Below are positions 25,221 to 38,098 of a DNA stretch of 64,000 nucleotides, piece by piece. The notes under the pieces are model-generated. The model saw only the letters and a program-made list of their open reading frames with translations. It had not been told where the DNA came from and made no database searches. This stretch comes from Eledone cirrhosa (lineage: Eukaryota), in NCBI GenBank assembly GCA_964016885.1, contig OZ024759.1, positions 8,928,001 through 8,992,000 of the forward strand, read 5' to 3'. Within the stretch, counting starts at the first letter, position 1. Each line of letters begins with the position of its first letter. A program made the position numbers and the translations under genes.

Positions 25221-28200
25221 ACCTGTGAGGGTCACTCAATACAATAACCTGTGAGGGTCACTCAAGACAATAACTTGTGAGGGTCACTCAAGACAATAAC
25301 TTGTGAGGGTCACTCAAGACAATAACTTGTGAGGGTCACTCAAGACAATAACCTGTGAGGGTCACTCAATACAATAACCTGTGAGGGTCACTCAATACAA
25401 TAACCTGTGAGGGTGACTCAAGACAATAACTTGTGAGGGTGACTCAAGACAATAACTTGTGAGGATCACTCAAGACAATAACTTGTGAGGGTCACTCAAG
25501 ACAATAACCTGTGAGGGTCACTCAAGACAATAACCTGTGAGGGTCACTCAAGACAATAACCTGTGAGGGTGACTCAAGACAATAACTTGTGAGGGTCACT
25601 CAAGACAATAAACTGTGAGGGTGACTCAAGACAATAACCTGTGAGGGTCACTGAAGACAATAACCTGTGAGGGTCACTCAAGACAATAACCTGTGAGGGT
25701 GACTCAAGACAATAACTTGTGAGGGTCACTCAAGACAATAACTTGTGAGGGTCACTCAAGACAATAACTTGTCAGGGTGACTCAAGACAATAACCTGTGA
25801 GGGTGACGCAAGACAATAACTTGTGAGGGTCACTCAAGACAATAACCTGTGAGGGTGACCCAAGACAATAACCTGTGAGGGTCACTCAAGACAATAACCT
25901 GTGAGGGTCACTCTAGACAATAACTTGTGAGGGTCACTCTAGACAATAACTTGTGAGGGTGACCCAAGATAATAACCTGTGAGGGTGACTCAAGACTATA
26001 ACCTGTGAGGGTGACTCAAGACTATAACCTGTGAGGGTCACTCAAGACAATAACCTGTGAGGGTCACTCAAGACAATAACTTGTGAGGGTCACTCTAGAC
26101 AATAACTTGTGAGGGTGACTCAAGACAATAACCTGTGAGGGTCACTCAAGATAATAACCTGTGAGGGTCACTCAAGATAATAACCTGTGAGGGTGACCCA
26201 AGACAATAACTTGTGAGGGTCACTCTAGACAATAACCTGTGAGGGTGACCCAAGACAATAACCTGTGAGGGTCACTCTAGACAATAACTTGTGAGGGTCA
26301 CTCAAGACAATAACTTGTGAGGGTCACTCAAGACAATAAACTGTGAGGGTGACTCAAGACAATAACCTGTGAGGGTCACTCAAGACAATAACCTGTGAGG
26401 GTGACTCAAGACAATAACCTGTGAGGGTCACTCAAGACAATAACCTGTGAGGGTGACTCAAGACAATAACTTGTGAGGGTCACTCAAGACAATAACTTGT
26501 GAGGGTCACTCTAGACAATAACTTGTGAGGGTCACTCTAGACAATAACCTGTGAGGGTGACCCAAGACAATAACCTGTGAGGGTGACTCAAGACAATAAC
26601 CTGTGAGGGTCACTCAAGACAATAACCTGTGAGGGTCACTCAAGACAATAACTTGTGAGGGTCACTCTAGACAATAACCTGTGAGGGTGACTCAAGACAA
26701 TAACTTGTGAGGGTCACTCAAGACAATAACTTGAGGGTCACTCAAGACAATAAACTGTGAGGGTGACTCAAGACAATAACCTGTGAGGGTGACTCAAGAT
26801 AATAACCTGTGAGGGTCACTCAAGACAATAACCTGTGAGGGTGACTCAAGACAATAACTTGTGAGGGTCACTCAAGACAATAACTTGTGAGGGTCACTCA
26901 AGACAATAACTTGTGAGGGTCACTCAAGACAATAACCTGGGAGGGTGACGCAAGACAATAACTTGTGAGGGTCACTCAAGACAATAACCTGGGAGGGTGA
27001 CCCAAGACAATAACCTGTGAGGGTCACTCAAGACAATAACCTGTGAGGGTCACTCTAGACAATAACCTGTGAGGGTCACTCAAGACAATAACCTGTGAGG
27101 GTCACTCAAGACAATAACTTGTGAGGGTCACTCTAGACAATAACTTGTGAGGGTCACTCAATACAATAACCTGTGAGGGTGACTCAAGACAATAACTTGT
27201 GAGGGTCACTCAAGACAATAACTTGTGAGGGTCACTCAAGACAATAACTTGTGAGGGTCACTCAAGACAATAACCTGTGAGGGTCACTCAATACAATAAC
27301 CTGTGAGGGTCACTCAAGACAATAACCTGTGAGGGTGACTCAAGACAATAACTTGTGAGGGTGACTCAAGACAATAACTTGTGGGGGTCACTCAAGACAA
27401 TAACTTGTGAGGGTCACTCAAGACAATAACCTGTGAGGGTCACTCAAGACAATAACCTGTGAGGGTCACTCAAGACAATAACCTGTGAGGGTGACTCAAG
27501 ACAATAACTTGTGAGGGTCACTCAAGACAATAAACTGTGAGGGTGACTCAAGACAATAACCTGTGAGGGTCACTGAAGACAATAACCTGTGAGGGTCACT
27601 CAAGACAATAACCTGTGAGGGTGACTCAAGACAATAACTTGTGAGGGTCACTCAAGACAATAACTTGTGAGGGTCACTCAAGACAATAACTTGTGAGGGT
27701 CACTCAAGACAATAACTTGTGAGGGTGACTCAAGACAATAACCTGTGAGGGTGACGCAAGACAATAACTTGTGAGGGTCACTCAAGACAATAACCTGTGA
27801 GGGTGACCCAAGACAATAACCTGTGAGGGTCACTCAAGACAATAACCTGTGAGGGTCACTCTAGACAATAACTTGTGAGGGTCACTCTAGACAATAACTT
27901 GTGAGGGTGACCCAAGATAATAACCTGTGAGGGTGACTCAAGACTATAACCTGTGAGGGTCACTCAAGACAATAACCTGTGAGGGTCACTCAAGACAATA
28001 ACTTGTGAGGGTCACTCTAGACAATAACTTGTGAGGGTGACTCAAGACAATAACCTGTGAGGGTCACTCAAGATAATAACCTGTGAGGGTCACTCAAGAT
28101 AATAACCTGTGAGGGTGACCCAAGACAATAACTTGTGAGGGTCACTCTAGACAATAACCTGTGAGGGTGACCCAAGACAATAACCTGTGAGGGTCACTCT

Positions 28201-31008
28201 AGACAATAACTTGTGAGGGTCACTCAAGACAATAACTTGTGAGGGTCACTCAAGACAATAAACTGTGAGGGTGACTCAAGACAATAACCTGTGAGGGTCA
28301 CTCAAGACAATAACCTGTGAGGGTGACTCAAGACAATAACCTGTGAGGGTCACTCAAGACAATAACCTGTGAGGGTGACTCAAGACAATAACTTGTGAGG
28401 GTCACTCAAGACAATAACTTGTGAGGGTCACTCTAGACAATAACTTGTGAGGGTCACTCTAGACAATAACCTGTGAGGGTGACCCAAGACAATAACCTGT
28501 GAGGGTGACCCAAGACAATAACCTGTGAGGGTCACTCAAGACAATAACCTGTGAGGGTCACTCAAGACAATAACTTGTGAGGGTCACTCTAGACAATAAC
28601 CTGTGAGGGTGACTCAAGACAATAACTTGTGAGGGTCACTCAAGACAATAACTTGAGGGTCACTCAAGACAATAAACTGTGAGGGTGACTCAAGACAATA
28701 ACTTGTGAGGGTGACTCAAGATAATAACCTGTGAGGGTCACTCAAGACAATAACCTGTGAGGGTGACTCAAGACAATAACTTGTGAGGGTCACTCAAGAC
28801 AATAACTTGTGAGGGTCACTCAAGACAATAACTTGTGAGGGTCACTCAAGACAATAACCTGGGAGGGTGACGCAAGACAATAACTTGTGAGGGTCACTCA
28901 AGACAATAACCTGGGAGGGTGACCCAAGACAATAACCTGTGAGGGTCACTCAAGACAATAACCTGTGAGGGTCACTCAAGACAATAACCTGTGAGGGTCA
29001 CTCAAGACAATAACTTGTGAGGGTCACTCTAGACAATAACTTGTGAGGGTCACTCTAGACAATAACCTGTGAGGGTGACCCAAGACAATAACCTGTGAGG
29101 GTGACCCAAGACAATAACTTGTGAGGGTCACTCTAGACAATAACCTGTGAGGGTGACCCAAGACAATAACCTGTGAGGGTCACTCTAGACAATAACCTGT
29201 GAGGGTGACCCAAGACAATAACCTGTGAGGGTCACTCTAGACAATAACCTGTGAGGGTCACTCAAGACAATAACTTGTGAGGGTCACTCAAGACAATAAC
29301 TTGTGAGGGTCACTCAAGACAATAAACTGTGAGGGTGACTCAAGACAATAACCTGTGAGGGTCACTCAAGACAATAACCTGTGAGGGTGACTCAATACAA
29401 TAACCTGTGAGGGTCACTCAAGACAATAACCTGTAAGGGTCACTCAAGATAATAACCTGTGAGGGTGACCCAAGACAATAACTTGTGAGGGTGACCCAAG
29501 ACAATAACCTGTGAGGGTGACCCAAGACAATAACCTGTGAGGGTGACCCAAGACATTAACTTGTGAGGGTCACTCTAGACAATAACCTGTGAGGGTGACC
29601 CAAGACAATAACCTGTGAGGGTCACTCAAGACAATAACCTGTGAGGGTCACCCAAGACAATAACCTGTGAGGGTCACTCAAGACAATAACCTGGGAGGGT
29701 GACCCAAGACAATAACCTGTGAGGGTCACTCAAGACAATAACCTGTGAGGGTCACTCAAGACAATAACCTGTGAGGGTCACTCAAGACAATAACTTGTGA
29801 GGGTCACTCTAGACAATAACTTGTGAGGGTCACTCTAGACAATAACCTGTGAGGGTGACCCAAGACAATAACCTGTGAGGGTGACCCAAGACAATAACTT
29901 GTGAGGGTCACTCTAGACAATAACCTGTGAGGGTGACCCAAGACAATAACCTGTGAGGGTCACTCTAGACAATAACCTGTGAGGGTGACCCAAGACAATA
30001 ACCTGTGAGGGTCACTCTAGACAATAACCTGTGAGGGTCACTCAAGACAATAACTTGTGAGGGTCACTCAAGACAATAACTTGTGAGGGTCACTCAAGAC
30101 AATAAACTGTGAGGGTGACTCAAGACAATAACCTGTGAGGGTCACTCAAGACAATAACCTGTGAGGGTGACTCAATACAATAACCTGTGAGGGTCACTCA
30201 AGACAATAACCTGTAAGGGTCACTCAAGATAATAACCTGTGAGGGTGACCCAAGACAATAACTTGTGAGGGTGACCCAAGACAATAACCTGTGAGGGTGA
30301 CCCAAGACAATAACCTGTGAGGGTGACCCAAGACATTAACTTGTGAGGGTCACTCTAGACAACCTGTGAGGATCACTCAAGATAATAACCTGTGAGGGTG
30401 ACCCAAGACAATAACCTGTGAGGGTGACCCAAGACATTAACTTGTGAGGGTCACTCTAGACAATAACCTGTGAGGGTGACCCAAGACAATAACCTGTGAG
30501 GGTCACTCAAGACAATAACCTGTGAGGGTGACTCAAGACAATAACCTGTGAGGGTGACTCAAGACAATAACCTGTGAGGGTGACCCAAGACAATAACTTG
30601 TGAGGGTCACTCTAGACAATAACCTGTGAGGGTGACCCAAGACAATAACCTGTGAGGGTCACTCAAGACAATAACCTGTGAGGGTCACCCAAGACAATAA
30701 CCTGTGAGGGTCACTCAAGACAATAACCTGTGAGGGTGACCCAAGACAATAACCTGTGAGGGTGACCCAAGACAATAACCTGTGAGGGTCACTCTAGACA
30801 ATAACCTGTGAGGGTGACCCAAGACAATAACCTGTGAGGGTCACTCAAGACAATAACCTGTGAGGGTCACTCAAGACAATAACCTGTGAGGGTGACCCAA
30901 GACAATAACCTGTGAGGGTGACCCAAGACAATAACCTGTGAGGGTCACTCTAGACAATAACCTGTGAGGGTGACCCAAGACAATAACCTGTGAGGGTGCT
31001 GCAAGACC
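25221..31008. repeat. 26-bp satellite, about 5.8 kb (about 222 units)
   Basis: Unit acctgtgagggtcactcaagacaata; higher-order 1922-bp and 780-bp duplications. Confidence 0.98.
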
Positions 31009-31140
31009 ATAAAAAGCTGCAGTAACCTTGACCACTAGGACAAGTGCCCTCTTGTCTTGCCCTAATTGACCTGTACATACTCAGAGCAATTCCATTCACT
31101 CAGACCATACTTACCTCTCTCACCTTTTAACAAACTGGCT
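31009..31140 (-). mobile_element. Tx1 ORF2 end and start of 3'UTR (continues at about 25220-25100 beyond the satellite)
   Basis: Reverse complement tttgttaaaaggtg..gagtgaatgga..ctctgagt..agggcactt is homologous to 5028-5165. Confidence 0.75.
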
Positions 31141-31142
31141 GC

Positions 31143-31558
31143 AATAATTATTTCTACTTTTGGCACAAGGCCAGCAATAACCCCAGTGTATTACTGGTAC
31201 TTTATCAATTATCAAGCCCCGTAATAATTGTTTCTACATTTGGCACAAGGCCAGCAATATACCCCAGTGTATTACTGGTACTTTATTTTATCAAGCCCCG
31301 TAATAATTGTTTCTGCTTTTGGCACAAGGCCAGCAATTACACCAGTGTATTACTGGTACTTTATTTTATCAACCCCGTAAGGATGAAAGGCAAAGTTAAC
31401 CTGGGCGGGATTTGAACTCACAATAGAAAGGGCCGTAACTCTATGCTGCAAAGCATGGCGTCCGACCCTCTACCGATACTGCCAATCCACCCTCATGTGA
31501 AATAATTGTTTCTACTTTTGGCACAAGGCCAGCAATTATTCCAGTGTATTACTGGTAC
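31143..31558 (-). mobile_element. SINE family B: one near-full copy plus three tandem 3' fragments
   Basis: Repeated tttctacttttggcacaaggccagcaat..actggtac. Confidence 0.85.
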
Positions 31559-31580
31559 AAATGAAACTGTGTCATTTCAG

Positions 31581-31757
31581 GCTTACAAGACGTCAAGAGA
31601 GGAAGAGTCATATGATGAGAGTTACCTGATAGTAAATATTCTGAGGGGAAATAATTACAAACCTAGCATCATCAACACACCTTCAGCTGCAAATATTACT
31701 GAAATATTACCTGTAGGCTCACCTGTACTCTTAGTCCAGGCCCTGGACAAGGATAAA
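31581..31757 (+). CDS. Cadherin-repeat protein, exon C (AYKTSREEE...GNNYKP...ITEILPVGSPVLLVQALDKDK)
   Basis: tttcag acceptor and gtaagt donor; 59 codons; E..pvG and A.D.D motifs; follows a 26-kb intron. Confidence 0.92.
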
Positions 31758-31785
31758 GTAAGTGTCTCTTGACGTTTTTTTATTT

Positions 31786-31979
31786 TGTTGTTGTTGTTGT
31801 TGTTGTTGGTGTTGTTGTTGGTGGTGTTGTTGGTGGTGGTGGTGGTGTTGTTGATGGTGTTGTTGTTGTTGTTGATGGTGTTGGTGTTGTTGTTGTTGAT
31901 GTTGATGTTGGTGGTGTTGTTGGTGTTGTTGTTGGTGGTGTCGGTGTTGTTGTTGTTGTTGTTGGCGGTGGCGGTGTTG

Positions 31980-32011
<32 letters not shown>

Positions 32012-32221
32012 GGTGGTGGTGGTGGTGGTGGTGTTGATGTTGGTGGTGGTGGTGTTGTTGGTGTTGTTGGTGTTGTTGTTGTTGGTGGTGGTGTTGATGT
32101 TGTTGGTGGTGGTGTTGGTGGTGGTGTTGTTGTTGTTGGTGGTGGTGTTGATGTTGGTGGTGGTGTTGTTGTTGTTGGTGTTGTTGGTGTTGTTGTTGTT
32201 GATGTTGTTAGTGTTGTTGTT
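31786..32221. repeat. (GTT/GGT)n microsatellite
   Basis: Direct observation. Confidence 0.97.
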
Positions 32222-32914
32222 TCCTCCACAATCTGTTACTTGTTATAACATTGTTCTATTACCCCTTCTTTTCAATTTGACTGCCACTGCTGTAAACCTG
32301 TACAGGTGTCATTAATCACTATTTACCTGTACAGCTGTCATTAATCACTATTTACCTGTGGAAATATCTTTCAATGTCACCAGAGAAGACAAAGTCTCAA
32401 ATGAGAAAAATGTTCATTTATGTAGCCAGTTCCATCTCAGACATTGTAAGGCACAAAACATATTAACAGTGTTGGGTCGTGATGGGTCATGTTGGGTCAT
32501 CAGGTTTTCTACCAACCATCGGAATGCAAGGACTTTAATGTTTTTATGTTGGAGAAGGGACATCAGTGGAGGGGGCCATCCTGGAATCTCTAATGGCATA
32601 CATTCTAGGAAGACCTCAGAAACATAGGAACCAATTGGACAAGAAGGGGCCAGTCCAGGAATATCATAATGACCTGAGATATAGAGGAACCAGTTGGACA
32701 GGAAAGCATCAGACCAGGAACACAAGTACGACCTCAGACGCACAAGAAACAGTTGATAGGAGCTGATAGAAGCATGGCAGATTGACCATGCTGGTTGCCA
32801 CTTCAGGGGCCTCAAAACATAGGTTGACATATGACTAGCACTCATATTTACATTCCTTCTGCAATATATCATAGTTGTTCTTTCTTCTCTCTCTCATTCT
32901 CTCCTTTTCTCTAG

Positions 32915-33037
32915 GATGAATTAATATACACAATGACAGACATTTCTTCAATGTTTATAATCAACAATAAATCAGGTCTGGTAACTCTGGGCAAAGACAT
33001 TCAGGGAAACCTTGGAAAATTCCCTGTAACTCTTGCG
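32915..33037 (+). CDS. Cadherin-repeat protein, exon D (DELIYTMTDISSMFIINNKSGLVTLGKDIQGNLGKFPVTLA)
   Basis: long pyrimidine tract plus tag acceptor, gtaagt donor; F.I...SG.v.l motif; 41 codons. Confidence 0.92.
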
Positions 33038-33289
33038 GTAAGTCTTTACCAAATTAACTCTTTTTATTTGAAATCACCCGAAACAACCCTGTTTCTGTTA
33101 TAAAAGGAATCAATCGACAAGATCCCAGACCTCACTATCCATTGATCTTTCCATTGCTGTTACTGTCTACCAATCACAACTCCTGGCAAAAAGAGCAATG
33201 TGAAATAAAGTGTCTTGCTCAAGGGTATAACAGTCCAGGAATCAAACTTGAAACCTCATGATTATGAATCCAAAACCAGATCTAAGCTG

Positions 33290-33440
33290 TTTATTTTAAA
33301 GTGTTTATATCTAAAAAACCTTCCATAATAATTTTATGTAAGCATCTTCGTTAAGTTATGTTCCAAATGCCAGCATGATAATGTGAAAATCCCACCAAAT
33401 CTTGATTATTTTCAAAATTATTTTTAAAATCATAACCAGT
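33290..33440 (-). mobile_element. MITE fragment related to 55410-55500
   Basis: Reverse complement actggttatgattttaaaaataattttgaaaataatcaaga resembles actgcctatgatttttcaaatcattttgaaaattaccaaga. Confidence 0.55.
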
Positions 33441-34128
33441 ATCATCATCATCATCATCATCATCTTCTTCTTCTTCTTCTTCTTTTCTTCCTCTTCTTCT
33501 TCTTTTCTTCCTCTTCTTCTTCTTTTCTTCCTCTTCTTCTTCTTTTCTTCCTCTTTTTCTTCTTCTTCTTCTTCCTACTCTATATATCATACCATGCACC
33601 CTTAACATCTGGTAGTCATAGGGACACTCTAATGGTATACAGTATATGTGAGGCAATATGGGAAAGCCCATGCTGTTTCCGCTTGGAAATCAGCCACTTC
33701 TTCTTCTTCTTCTTCTTCTTTTCTTCGTCTTCTTCTTTTCTTCCTCTTCTTCTTCTTCTTTTCTTCCTCTTCTTCTTCTTCTTCTTTTCTTCCTCTTCTT
33801 CTTCTTTTCTTCCTCTTCTTTTCTTCCTCTTCTTCTTCTTTTCTTCCTCTTCTTTTCTTCCTCTTCTTCTTTTCTTCTTCTTTTCTTCTTCTTTTCTTCT
33901 TCTTCTTCTTTTCTTCCTCTTCTTCTTCTTTTCTTCTTCTTCTTCTTCTTCTTTTCTTCCTCTTCTTCTTTTCTTCCTCTTCTTCTTCTTTTCTTCCTCT
34001 TCTTCTTCTTTTCTTCCTCTTCTTCTTTTCTTCCTCTTCTTCTTCTTTTCTTCCTCTTCTTCTTTTCTTCCTCTTCTTCTTCTTTTCTTCCTCTTCTTCT
34101 TCTTTTCTTCCTCTTCTTCTTCTTTTCT
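33441..34128. repeat. (CAT)n, then two (CTT/CTTTT/CCT)n polypyrimidine tracts (33463-33575 and 33697-34128)
   Basis: Direct observation. Confidence 0.95.
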
Positions 34129-34215
34129 CCGTCTCCCACACTGAATGGTTTCAATTTAACACCTTTTATCTGAACACAAATATATTATAAACATCAGGAT
34201 AGTTGTTTATATATT

Positions 34216-34257
34216 GTCAAAGCTCTTTCGTCACACATTCTGTGACCTCCTCAGTGA
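34216..34257 (-). ncRNA. Minimal type I hammerhead motif (family of 22968)
   Basis: tca-CTGAGGA-g-gtcac(agaatgt)gtgac-GAAA-gagc-TT-tga. Confidence 0.7.
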
Positions 34258-34349
34258 GTGGGGTTTTTTTTGTGTCTCTCCTTTGTTATGTCCTACACAA
34301 TCTTGTTTTTGTGTGTTGTGTGCTGTGTGCTTGGTTTGCGCATGCGTTA

Positions 34350-34802
34350 TATCCAAAATCAACACAGCAGAGTATCTCAAAATCTTAGAAATTTTCTTGC
34401 CTTGGAATAGGAAGCATTACGATGCAAGTCAAGTCATGTTTGTACAGGACTCCACACCCACCCATTCTTCGAAAAGAGTGTAAGAATCTTTGAAGAAGGA
34501 ATTTCCCATGTTTGTCCCTAAAGCTATGTGGCGCTCTAGCTTGCCAGATTTGAATCCATGTGATTCTTGGCTATGGGACACAATTGAAGCAATATCCAAT
34601 ACAACTTCTCACAACTGTGATTGGTAAAATATAAAAGGAAGAAATATTTAAGACAGCCACATTATTTCATAAATGTATTGAACTGGTAAAGAAAGCAAAT
34701 GGCGGATACATTGAACTGAAATAAGTGTTAAACACTCTACAATAAATTTTTCTGAGTTATACCAATTAAAACAAAGATGGTCTCAATTTACGTGTTACAC
34801 TC

Positions 34803-34806
<4 letters not shown>
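34350..34806 (+). mobile_element. Decayed Tc1/mariner (maT-like) 3' fragment
   Basis: KINTAEY..FVQDSTPTHSS..W.SSLPDLNPCD..LW; GGYIE near the stop; TIR-like end gttacactctg. Confidence 0.75.
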
Positions 34807-34844
<38 letters not shown>

Positions 34845-34847
<3 letters not shown>

Positions 34848-35228
34848 TAAGAACAAAAGATGGTTAAAAGAGTTCCATGTATTTTATTATGCGCAGTTCA
34901 AAAACAAATATCATCATGCAATAATATTTGTGTTTTCATCAGATAAAACAGGAAGACATGATATGAAGGTTAAAAAACACTTGTGGATAGTGCAGTTTTA
35001 AATCAACACTATTTTAAAACTGCACTATTTTAAAACTAGAATCAAAAGGCCTTAAAGTTAACTTGTCTAAGACTAAAGTTCTAGTATATAGGAAGGAAAA
35101 TACATGGAACTCATTTAACCATCTTTTGTTCTTATATATTATGTATACTCCAGTCCTACAAACTGTAGAGTGCTTCTTATCCGATATCAGCATTGCTTTA
35201 TTGTACTACAATAAAACTCACCTCCTAC
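34845..35228. mobile_element. Penelope-like fold-back; hammerhead 34882-34948 (minus, GAAA mutated to GAAC)
   Basis: Arms 34845-34885 and 35097-35137; same family as 37670-38022. Confidence 0.7.
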
Positions 35229-35392
35229 ATATATATATATATATAAGTTATTCTGGGTTCAATATATATATATATGTTAGAAAGGGGAAGTAAGGTTCTA
35301 TACCAAACAGTGGATATAGAGAAAAGGGGAAGTTGGAATTAGCAAGGAAAATATATTTAAGGTTCTGTTTTTATAAGTGACATTATTAAAAA

Positions 35393-35778
35393 TGGTGGAT
35401 TGGCAGTATTGGTAGAGGGTCGGACGCCATGCTTTGACGCATAGAGTTACGGCCCTTGCCATTCTGAGTTCAAATCCCGCCGAGGTTAACTTTGCCTTTC
35501 ATCCTTACGGGGTTGATAAAATAAAGTACCAGTAATGCACTGGGTAATTGCTGGCCTTGTGCCAAAAGTAGAAACAATTATTATTATTATTATTATTGGC
35601 AGTATCAGTAGAATGCTGGATACCATGCTTTGTGGCATAGAGTTACGGCCCTTTACCGTCTGAGTTCAAATCCTGCCGAAGTTAACTTTGCCTTTCATCC
35701 TTACGGGGTCGATAAAATAAAGTACCAGTAATGCACTGGGTAATTGCTGGCCTTGTGCCAAAAGTAGAAACAATTATT
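35393..35778 (+). mobile_element. Two tandem SINE family B copies
   Basis: Reverse complement of 575-770; (tta)n tails. Confidence 0.88.
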
Positions 35779-36044
35779 AAAGAAATGAGAGGGACATTTC
35801 TTTTTTCAAAAAAATGTTTGTAATGTATATAAAGTATCTGAAGAATTACCAATTTCGATGTATTATTAAAATAAAAAAAAAAAAAAAGAATTGCCCCTCT
35901 CATTTTTTTAATAATCTAATCTTTTCAATAATGTCACTTATAAAAACAGACCCTGACATATATTTTCCGTGCTATTTCCAACTTCACCTTTTCTCTCTCT
36001 CTCTGTCGCTCTCTCTCTACATATATATATATATATATATATAT

Positions 36045-36635
36045 ATACTAGCAGTGGTACCCGGCGTTGCACGGGATAAGGTATTGTGAAATATATAACC
36101 GCCTTAGCTAAGCTTAGTATTGCCACAACCACGGCTGGCAAAGAAGTAAGGGTCTGGTGGTACGTAACTAAGCAACACTGTGGCTTAAAACGTGAGGAAA
36201 AAGTTGTGTGCACTTACCAACTGTTTGGGGAATGAGTGTGAGATTTGTCTTGAGCAAGGGTGGCAGAATAACCGGAGGCAGCAGACAGCCAGACATACAG
36301 ACAGATATTATAAGGGCGCGGTCTGGACGCAGAGCGAATTGTAGGAAGTGACGTAATGCAGACAGCCAGACATACAGACAGATATTATAAGGGCGCGACG
36401 TTATATGTATGTATCTATCTAAAAAGAGAAAAACTAAGAACTATAGAGAGAGATCGCTAAATCGCCTAATGCGGTCCCTAGGGCATTGAAAATTTAAAAT
36501 CTTTTTTGCTCAGAACATTCCCTAAAACATAAGTATTACATGTGTAAAGTTTGAAAACAGTCGGTTGGGAGCTTCTCTAGTTTTAGGGATTCAAACTCAC
36601 ACACACACACAGACAGACATCCTCAGTTTTATATA
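36045..36635. mobile_element. Non-autonomous Helitron/Helentron-like element
   Basis: tactagc..cccggcgttgcacggg subterminal hairpin; (ca)n/gaca microsatellite at the other end; internal direct repeat. Confidence 0.55.
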
Positions 36636-36891
36636 TATATATATATATAATATTAAGGATACTATTTATGGTTATGTATATACTAAAACTGTTTATAGTT
36701 ATATATATTTTAAACCCTAAACAGTGAAGGTCAGTAATTTATTACTACCTTATTACCAGTAAGATAAATAGCTCAATGTATTGGAAAGGAGGTCAATCAT
36801 GTGTACAAACATTGAAAAATGCTCCAAAGACCCCAAGCTTAGGTTTGAATGAAACAATTGTAAGTGAATAAATGCTTTGAATATAGCTTTG

Positions 36892-37021
<130 letters not shown>

Positions 37022-37167
37022 TTATTTCTGAAGACGGCGTATATATGTGTTGGTATGTATATTTAATCTTGATAATTTGTATAATTTTGTATAATTTTGT
37101 ACATAGATCTGTTGAATATGCATACCAATTCTAACACATATATATCCTAGAAACGATCGTTAAATAA
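37022..37167 (+). ncRNA. Type I hammerhead motif with a very long stem II
   Basis: ttattt-CTGAAGA-[tatatatgtgttg..taacacatatata]-GAAA-cgatcg-TT-aaataa. Confidence 0.7.
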
Positions 37168-37242
37168 TGAACTTTTTTTGTTTAATATAAGGAATTGTTT
37201 ATTCATTATTTGTTTAATATTTTATATATATATATATATATT

Positions 37243-37633
37243 TAAAGGTTAAACAAGGTTCAATGAATAAATCAAAGAATGAGTTTTACAGTAGATTGGA
37301 AGCACTCAACAAATATGGTTTTCCGGAGTTATTAATATTAAAATACAAATATTAATAAAATAGATGTTCTTTTGATCAATTACATTATTATACATATTTC
37401 AGAGGTACTGAGTTAACTTCAACAGTACGTCCTCATCAGATAAAATAAGATGATGCATGATGGTTAAGATTCAGTCATGACTGAATCTTAACCATCTACT
37501 ATGTCAGGGTATGTCATGCATCATCTTATTTTATCTGATGAGGATGTACTGTTGAAGTTAACTCAGTACCTCTGAAATATGTATAATAAAATATACTTGA
37601 TCACAAGAATATCTATTTTGTTAATATTTTGAA

Positions 37634-37640
<7 letters not shown>
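37243..37640. mobile_element. Penelope-like fold-back (family of 1116-1530) with a hammerhead in each arm (+ copy about 37527-37593)
   Basis: Arms centred on the palindrome gatggttaagattcagtcatgactgaatcttaaccatc. Confidence 0.75.
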
Positions 37641-37669
<29 letters not shown>

Positions 37670-37671
<2 letters not shown>

Positions 37672-38017
37672 GTAGGAGGTGAGTTTTATTGTAGCACAAT
37701 AAAGCAATGCAAATATCGGATAAGTAGCACTCAACAGTTTATTGGACTGGAGTATATATAAGAAGAAATTAAAAGATGGTTAAGAAAGTTCCATGTATTT
37801 TATTATGCGCATTTCAAAAACAAATATCATCCTGGGACGATATTTGCGTTCTCATCAGATAAAATAGGGAGACATGATATGAAGCTTAAAAAAAACACCT
37901 GTGAGCAAGGTAGTGCCTAAACAACATATGTTGGTTAGACACTACCTTGCTCACAAGTGTCTTTGAAATGCGCATAATAAAATACATGGAACTTTCTTAA
38001 CCATCTTTGAATTTCTT

Positions 38018-38022
<5 letters not shown>
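37670..38022. mobile_element. Penelope-like fold-back with an intact hammerhead at 37796-37866 (minus)
   Basis: tattttat-CTGATGA-gaacgcaaatatc..gatatttgttttt-GAAA-tgcgca-TA-ataaaata. Confidence 0.78.
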
Positions 38023-38061
<39 letters not shown>

Positions 38062-38067
38062 TATATA

Positions 38068-38096
<29 letters not shown>

Positions 38097-38098
<2 letters not shown>

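Noticed and set aside
25221-31008. CRISPR-like array, or a cluster of AP-1 (TGACTCA) and nuclear-receptor (GGGTCA) sites
   Set aside because: No unique spacers and a eukaryotic context; the motif matches are by-products of unit variation with no functional evidence.
32358-32872. Short ORFs in the intron between exons C and D
   Set aside because: No recognisable motifs, and exons C and D already join in frame without them.
31769-34190. Poly-V/G/L/T and K/E/R-rich ORFs (also 40009-41174)
   Set aside because: Triplet microsatellite translations.
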